A stretch of DNA of 64,000 nt from Dehalococcoidia bacterium (GTDB lineage: Bacteria; Chloroflexota; Dehalococcoidia; Bin125), in assembly GCA_963555985.3 (NCBI GenBank), contig OY820591.1, positions 1,856,001 to 1,920,000 of the forward strand, in the 5' to 3' direction. Of this stretch, positions 56,801 to 64,000 are shown piece after piece (position 1 is the first letter of the stretch; every line of letters starts with the position of its first letter). The notes under the pieces were generated by a model. The model saw only the letters and a program-made list of their open reading frames with translations, ran no database searches and had not been told where the DNA came from. The translations under genes and the position numbers were made by a program.

Positions 56801-57499
56801 TTACGCCTCGGCTGCGAGCAGAATGCGGGCGTCTACCGCCACCGCTCCATCAGGCCGGGCGAAGACCGGGTTGAGATCGAGTTCGGCGATCTCCGGATGC
56901 GCGTCGGCGAACTCGGAGAGTTGAAGCAGCATCGCTTCGATCGCTTCGAGGTTGGCGGCGGGCTGTCCGCGCACGCCTTCGAGGATGGGAAAACCCTGGA
57001 TCTCGCGGATCATCTCGGCGGCGTCGCGCGCTTCGAGCGGGACGATCCGGAAGGCGACATCCTTGAGCACCTCAACGAAGACGCCGCCCAGACCGAACAT
57101 CAGCACCGGCCCGAACTGCTGGTCCTGGGTGACGCCGAGGATCACCTCGACGCCCGGCTCGGCCATCGGCTGGACCGAAACTCCCTGCGCCTGGGCGTCG
57201 GGCACGGCGGCGATCACTCGCTCGTGAATGCGCTGACAGGCGGCGCGCAGCGCTGCTTCGTCGGCGACGCCCAACTCGACCCCGCCGACATCGGTCTTGT
57301 GCGTGATCTTGTCGGAGACGACCTTGAGCGCGACCGGGTAGCCGAGCTCGGCGGCGTGCGCGGCGGCCTCGTCGATCGAGGTGGCGAGGCGGGTTTCGGT
57401 CACGCTGAGTCCGGCGTCGGCGAGCAGTTGTTTGGCCTCCACCTCGGAGAGAATGGTGCGCTGTTGGGCGCGGGCTTGGGCGATCACTTCGGCGGTCAT
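56801..57499 (-). CDS. Acyl-CoA synthetase (ADP-forming) beta / ATP-grasp subunit
   Basis: LSEVEAKQLL, GYPVALK..HKTDVGGV, FGPVLMFGLGG and ELDLNPV. Confidence 0.92.
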   Translation of the reverse strand: MTAEVIAQARAQQRTILSEVEAKQLLADAGLSVTETRLATSIDEAAAHAAELGYPVALKVVSDKITHKTDVGGVELGVADEAALRAACQRIHERVIAAVPDAQAQGVSVQPMAEPGVEVILGVTQDQQFGPVLMFGLGGVFVEVLKDVAFRIVPLEARDAAEMIREIQGFPILEGVRGQPAANLEAIEAMLLQLSEFADAHPEIAELDLNPVFARPDGAVAVDARILLAAEA

Positions 57500-57598
57500 C
57501 GGCGGCGCTCCGGGGCTGAGTGCGGTCGTGGAGGCAGTGTATAGGCAGCTTCGGCGCGGGCATTTTGTATACTCCGTTGCGCAGTTTGGAGGAGCACG

Positions 57599-57820
57599 AT
57601 GGCGAACGGCGACGATCCATTCGAGGGCTGGCTCGACATCGTGGAGGCCGCGCGTGAGCTGGGCATCCATCCACAGTCGATGCGCCGCCTGATCAAGCAG
57701 GGCCGGGTCCCGGCGCGGATGTACGGCGGCAAGTACCTGATCGAGCGAGACCAGCTGCTGATGTTCAAGGCCAACTACGACCCCCGCCCAGGCCGCAAAC
57801 GCTCGCCGCGCCTCCTCTAA
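57599..57820 (+). CDS. Small excisionase-like HTH_17 DNA-binding protein
   Basis: WLDIVEAARELGIHPQSMRRLIKQGRVPA; GGAGGA RBS. Confidence 0.85.
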   Translation: MANGDDPFEGWLDIVEAARELGIHPQSMRRLIKQGRVPARMYGGKYLIERDQLLMFKANYDPRPGRKRSPRLL

Positions 57821-58007
57821 ACGCCCGAAACGACTTGCAAATCCCCGAGCCCGCTGAAGTCGCCGGGCAATAATCACGTTGATCGTTCCGAAGAATTACA
57901 ATTACGCGAACTCGCCCGTCCCCATCATGGCGTATGGTGAAGATGCCGGTGCGAACGCCAATGAACGTAGGGCCGAACCTGGCGCGGAGCAGAGAGAGAA
58001 TTGGCCG

Positions 58008-60047
58008 ATGGTCGCAATGAGAGACGCTCACACAGGCCGTGCGGCCGGCGCAGCGGCGCTATCGTTCACCCTGCCCGAAGAGCTGCTCCTGATGGTGCTC
58101 AACGAGGAGAGCGGCTACTTCTATCAGGTGCCGGGCTGGAGCATGAACTGCGCCCTGGTCGGCGCGGCGATCGCGGAACTCTCCTTCATCGGCCGCATTG
58201 ATAGCGATATGGACTCGCTGATCTTGCTGGACGCCACCGAGACGGGCAATCCCAACCTGGACCCGATCCTGCGCGAGATCGCGGCGGAATCGCAGCAACA
58301 CGATGTCCGCTACTGGATCGAACGACTCGCGCCCCTGGCCGAAACGATCGTCCACCAGACGCTGGATCGCCTCGTCGAGCGCGGCGTCCTCGAACACCAT
58401 CCCGGCGAGTTCTGGACGATCTCCCAGTTCGCCTTGCATTCCGCCGTCGAGCGCGACGGCGAGCGGGTCGAGTTCGTCAAAACCCGCGTCCGCCAGATCA
58501 TCTTCGCCGAGCAACTGCCCGACCCGCGCGACGTGATCATCATCACCCTGGCCCAGACCTGCGATGTGCTCCGTTTCGTGTATGAACTCAACGAGCCCTT
58601 CGTCGAGCGCGTCGAGTGGATCTGCCGCATGGACCTGATCGGCCAGGCGATCGGCGCGGCGGTCAGCGAGAGCATCGCCGCGCCCGTCCTGCGTCACGCC
58701 CCTTTGACCAAGCCGATCCCCAAAGCCCCGCTGCGCGACCTCATCTTCAACCGCCATCTCCGCCAAGGCAACCTGCCTGCCCTCTTCGCCTCGCTCGCCG
58801 AGAAGCACGGCCCCGTCTTCGAGCTGCGTCCACCCTTCCGCGACCCCATGATCTTCCTCGTCAGCGCCGAAGCCAACCGATGGGTCCATCGGGAGGGGCG
58901 GCTCTATCTGCGCTCCAAAGAGTACTTCCAGGATGTCGACAAGGCTTATGGCGTGTCGCGCTCGATCCACTCCACCGACGGCGCCGACCACTTCAGCTTT
59001 CGCAAAGCGATGCAGCCGGTCTACGCCCGCTCGACCGTGACCCAGCGCCTGGACGACATCTACGAACTGGCCCGCGGACACATGGCGACCTGGACGGTCG
59101 GAGACTCGATGCCCGCGCAGACCATGCTGCGTCCCTATATGAATGCTCAAGCTTCACAGCTCTTGGCCAGCATCGACACGCAAGACGTGATCGACGAAGC
59201 GCTCAAGTACAAGGAGCGAGTGCTCTCAGTCGCTTTGATGAAAGTGCTGCCAAAGTTCATGATGCACACCCCCACGATGCGCCGACGCACCAGGCTGATC
59301 CGGCAGATCATCGAGCGCATGCAGCTCACCCATAGCCCCGCCCAGCGATCGGGAAAACCCCTGGACGTGGTCGATGGATATCTGGCGCTGCACGGGACCG
59401 ATCCCCAGTTCTTGCCCGAAACCGACCTGGCCTTGCCCCTGGGCGCCATGCTCATGACCGCCATGTACCTGGGCGACCAACTCGGCTTCGCGCTCTACTG
59501 GATGGTCGCCAATCCCGACCTGCATGAGCGCGTCGCCGCCGAAGCCGACGGCCTCTTCGCCAACGGCGACCCGTCCGAGGCCGACCTGACCCTGGAGAAC
59601 ATCGACGTCACCCACCGCCTGCTGATGGAGACCCTGCGCCTCACCCCCATCGCTCCGGTTGCCATGCGCACCGTGATGAACACTTGCGTGGTCGAGGGTC
59701 ACGAGTTGCCAGTCGGCTCCCTGCTCTACATCCCCAACACCGCCGTCCACTACATGGAAAGCGAATTCCCCGACCCCTGGAAGTTCGACATCGACCGCTA
59801 CCTGCCTCCGCGCAACGAGCATGTCGGCGGCGCCTACTCGCCTTACGGCCTCGGTACCCACTCCTGCCTCGGCTTCCGCTGGTCCGAGCTGCACCTCGCG
59901 CTCAACCTGCTCATGCTCGCCCACTACTTCCGCTTCGAGCTGGCCCGTCCCTACAAGCGGCTCCCAATGGACCCGCTCCCCTCCCAGTCCCCCAGCAACA
60001 AGCTCAAGTTCCGCATCGCCGAGCAGCGCCACGAGCTCTCCCGCTAA
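58008..60047 (+). CDS. GPP34 (GOLPH3/Vps74-like) domain fused to cytochrome P450
   Basis: N-terminal LPEELLLMVLN...GAAIAEL...GRID...LVERGVL (GPP34); C-terminal ETLR, FDIDRY and YGLGTHSCLG heme motif; start uncertain. Confidence 0.85.
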   Translation: MVAMRDAHTGRAAGAAALSFTLPEELLLMVLNEESGYFYQVPGWSMNCALVGAAIAELSFIGRIDSDMDSLILLDATETGNPNLDPILREIAAESQQHDVRYWIERLAPLAETIVHQTLDRLVERGVLEHHPGEFWTISQFALHSAVERDGERVEFVKTRVRQIIFAEQLPDPRDVIIITLAQTCDVLRFVYELNEPFVERVEWICRMDLIGQAIGAAVSESIAAPVLRHAPLTKPIPKAPLRDLIFNRHLRQGNLPALFASLAEKHGPVFELRPPFRDPMIFLVSAEANRWVHREGRLYLRSKEYFQDVDKAYGVSRSIHSTDGADHFSFRKAMQPVYARSTVTQRLDDIYELARGHMATWTVGDSMPAQTMLRPYMNAQASQLLASIDTQDVIDEALKYKERVLSVALMKVLPKFMMHTPTMRRRTRLIRQIIERMQLTHSPAQRSGKPLDVVDGYLALHGTDPQFLPETDLALPLGAMLMTAMYLGDQLGFALYWMVANPDLHERVAAEADGLFANGDPSEADLTLENIDVTHRLLMETLRLTPIAPVAMRTVMNTCVVEGHELPVGSLLYIPNTAVHYMESEFPDPWKFDIDRYLPPRNEHVGGAYSPYGLGTHSCLGFRWSELHLALNLLMLAHYFRFELARPYKRLPMDPLPSQSPSNKLKFRIAEQRHELSR

Positions 60048-60077
60048 CCAACCCGCGCCTCTCTCATCCCGCTCTCC

Positions 60078-60154
60078 ATCATTCCCGGGTAGGCGAGAAT
60101 CCAGCGGCTCCTCCGTCATTCCCGTGCTGTCGCAGGAATCTCGTCGATTCCCGC
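60078..60154. repeat. Degenerate ATTCCC-N-GGAAT repeats, family 2
   Basis: TCATTCCCGGGTAGGCGAGAATCCA and CGTCATTCCCGTGCTGTCGCAGGAATCT. Confidence 0.55.
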
Positions 60155-60186
60155 TCTGCCTTGTCAATGCTCTGTACCATGTCGAA

Positions 60187-61137
60187 ATGGCTGACGATCA
60201 ACCTGAAAACCACCACTTCGTACCGCGATACTACCTGCGACACTTCGCGATCCCATCTCGTCCTGGCAAACGGCCGGTTTTCATCGACGCTTACGACCGT
60301 CAATACGGAACAACCAAACGAAAGAAAGCGATCAAGGGCGTGGCCAGCGAGCGCGATTTCTACACACTGCCTATCCCAGTAGATGACGATCCCTTCTTTC
60401 TGGAACGGGGCTTCTTCCAAAAGGTCGATCAATTGGGAAGCGAAATGCTCCATGACATAGTTACCGCAAGACGCATACTCCCCGAGCAACGTGCTCGTCT
60501 GAGGGAACATCTAGCGGTGCAGATTGTCCGCACCAAGTGGTTCCGGGAATATGCTCTACACAACGTTCCAAAATCACAGAATCCAAAACTGGCAATGAGA
60601 TTCGCGGACGCCGGACCGCCACCGGAATCCACCAAGCAAGAAAAGGAAACCTTCTGGCAAGAAACTGAAAGCATGATCACCGCAGGATGGGATGACGCTC
60701 TTCAAGGCCCGAATGCAATCATCGCAATGCCTCTCGGTCGATTTCCAACTATTCGCCGAGAGCTAGAGAAATTCGCAACTTACCAACTTACGTGGTTTCC
60801 ACATACTGGATTGTTGACATCAGATAACCCGATCGTGTTCCGCCATAAGGAGTCGGGGTTTCTCGGGAATCCAATTCACATTGGCATTAACAATGCAAGC
60901 GAACTTTGGTATCCAATCACTCCCCAGATCGCACTAAGGCTGTCCCGAGAGCCTGAGTTTTCCCTTCAGAACATGTCTTTGCAAATTCCTCAAGTATTAG
61001 AAATCAACAATGCGGTTGCCCGAGCGAGCTACAGATCGGTGCTATGGAAACCAAACACGATCGCGGAGCATTTCGTAAGCTTACCTCCGCCACTCACCAA
61101 TGCTCAAGCTGATCCAAGTCATCTCGACGGAAAGTAA
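60187..61137 (+). CDS. DUF4238 domain protein
   Basis: HHFVPRYYLRHF, DFY, QIVRT, LTSDNP and PITPQIAL; lower GC than flanks. Confidence 0.85.
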   Translation: MADDQPENHHFVPRYYLRHFAIPSRPGKRPVFIDAYDRQYGTTKRKKAIKGVASERDFYTLPIPVDDDPFFLERGFFQKVDQLGSEMLHDIVTARRILPEQRARLREHLAVQIVRTKWFREYALHNVPKSQNPKLAMRFADAGPPPESTKQEKETFWQETESMITAGWDDALQGPNAIIAMPLGRFPTIRRELEKFATYQLTWFPHTGLLTSDNPIVFRHKESGFLGNPIHIGINNASELWYPITPQIALRLSREPEFSLQNMSLQIPQVLEINNAVARASYRSVLWKPNTIAEHFVSLPPPLTNAQADPSHLDGK

Positions 61138-61144
61138 ACGATGC

Positions 61145-61969
61145 TTAGTAGTAATCACCGCAGTGATCGAGGTTTGGTTGGACCGGTGTATCCCAGAAAC
61201 CATCCAGTGAGAACGGCAGATACTCCGTTGTGCCATTGCCGACAAGCCTGATCCCCAGATTCTCTGCGTGACGGATATGCAGATAGAATCGCGTATCGAG
61301 ACGGATATCTACAATCCGAATTCCCCAGGGAGCAGACGAATCGTCTACATCCCACCTCAGATTACGCACAGTCGTGACTCCGTCGGCAGATGCAGGATAA
61401 ACTGCATAGTCCGCGTTATAGAAATATCCGGCATCCCGTGCTGGCTCCAAGTCCACCTGATGTACTTCCGCAATGCGATGGCCGGCTCGGCACCCGATCG
61501 CCAGCCAGACTGCGGAGCCAACGGGCTCGTGAGCGTACGTGTCCGCTTTAACCCACAGAGTCGAATTTAACCAGGATGCTCCCGTATCGTCGACATTAAC
61601 CCGGACACTGGTGAAAAATCGCCCATCATCGTAGTGGACTTGCCCCTCTTCACGTTCAATCGGTCCTTTTTCATCCCCTCCTGTCTCGGAGCTGAGGCCT
61701 GTCTCAATGGAGATCGGAGATGAGTTGAGCCATCTGTTGTTTCCGGGGTCGGCTGGGAAAAACCGCGACCGTGGCAAGATCCGTTCATTCCATTCGCCAT
61801 TGACGCGCTGCTGAAGCGCGAATTCTGTCTTGCCGTCATCCAAACGGCGTGCGCTGATTCTCACGTCTGAGGCATCAGAGTCGATGCTCTGACCAATGGC
61901 AGCTGCGGTAATGGCGACTAATAGAGCGGCGACGACGCCGACAACCACCCTGAGTTGAGACTTACTCAC
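61145..61969 (-). CDS. Secreted hypothetical protein
   Basis: Signal peptide followed by the module VRISARRLDDGKTEFALQQR..W.ERILPRSRFFP...RWLNSSPI. Confidence 0.7.
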   Translation of the reverse strand: MSKSQLRVVVGVVAALLVAITAAAIGQSIDSDASDVRISARRLDDGKTEFALQQRVNGEWNERILPRSRFFPADPGNNRWLNSSPISIETGLSSETGGDEKGPIEREEGQVHYDDGRFFTSVRVNVDDTGASWLNSTLWVKADTYAHEPVGSAVWLAIGCRAGHRIAEVHQVDLEPARDAGYFYNADYAVYPASADGVTTVRNLRWDVDDSSAPWGIRIVDIRLDTRFYLHIRHAENLGIRLVGNGTTEYLPFSLDGFWDTPVQPNLDHCGDYY

Positions 61970-62438
61970 CGATGTCCACCTTCCCGATGAACGGAATGAC
62001 GTCTATTGCCAGATGGCCGCGATCGTTCACGCCCAAACCAGAATAGCCGCCCACTCCAGCACCGTGACCACTGCCAACCCGCAGAAAGAGAAGATGCAGG
62101 TTCCGATTCGACTTGCGCCTGAGGCGTTTGGACTCGGCGTACCAGGCATCATGAGCCGCCGTGCGCCAGCGGCGCTCTTCACTCCTCTCGCGCATCCATC
62201 GGCTGTGCTCGGCACCCTGCTGGTCGTAGTAATCCTTCCACACATCCCATGACTCAGCCGAGCTCATCACAAGGCGTTGCAAGACCTTGTGCCGCCGTTC
62301 CCAGTCGGCACACCGCTGTGCGGAGACAGCCCCGATCCGGTCGTACTCCGCATTACGGCGCGCGTCGTTGGTGGCCATCTCGGGAACGCAGAGCCACCAT
62401 TCCAGAGGTCTCCTGATGAATCGCAAGATGCTGCCCAT
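61962..62438 (-). CDS. Hypothetical protein, possibly frameshifted near 62110
   Basis: ATG immediately after the acs stop; W/R/E-rich. An alternative frame ending at 62027 supplies a TM-like C-terminus. Confidence 0.4.
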   Translation of the reverse strand: MGSILRFIRRPLEWWLCVPEMATNDARRNAEYDRIGAVSAQRCADWERRHKVLQRLVMSSAESWDVWKDYYDQQGAEHSRWMRERSEERRWRTAAHDAWYAESKRLRRKSNRNLHLLFLRVGSGHGAGVGGYSGLGVNDRGHLAIDVIPFIGKVDIGE

Positions 62439-62439
62439 G

Positions 62440-64000
<1,561 letters not shown>

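Noticed and set aside
57599-57820. Prophage/ICE excisionase
   Set aside because: A standalone HTH_17 gene with no integrase or phage genes nearby.

Overview
High-GC bacterial chromosomal window. The gene set (Uma2 expansion, DUF1640-like proteins, scattered nuo genes, ADP-forming acyl-CoA ligase, Mo-hydroxylase) resembles Chloroflexota/Dehalococcoidia-like genomes; this taxonomy is inference only. Core genes include iscS, nuoB, nuoI, a nuoG-like gene, hisG, mfd (frameshifted), pth, acs and tRNA-Pro(GGG). They alternate with single accessory or defence genes: six Uma2 nucleases, four DNA methyltransferases, one Mrr-like restriction endonuclease, a GmrSD-like protein, DUF4238, two tandem-NYN proteins, three DUF1640-like membrane coiled coils and a GPP34-P450 fusion. 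No integrase, transposase, CRISPR array or rRNA was recognised. Three things stand out. (1) Accessory cassettes are stacked at the 3' ends of nuoI and hisG, each with a displaced second copy of the gene end that differs almost only at synonymous sites, which suggests 3'-end-replacement gene capture. (2) A dispersed ~300-bp element family has a sigma70-like promoter with an SOS-box-like motif, a 10-nt-period (C)GAAC/GGAC array and a conserved tail; copies sit next to R-M genes and pth. (3) A candidate multi-stem RNA with alternative pairings lies upstream of one NYN gene.
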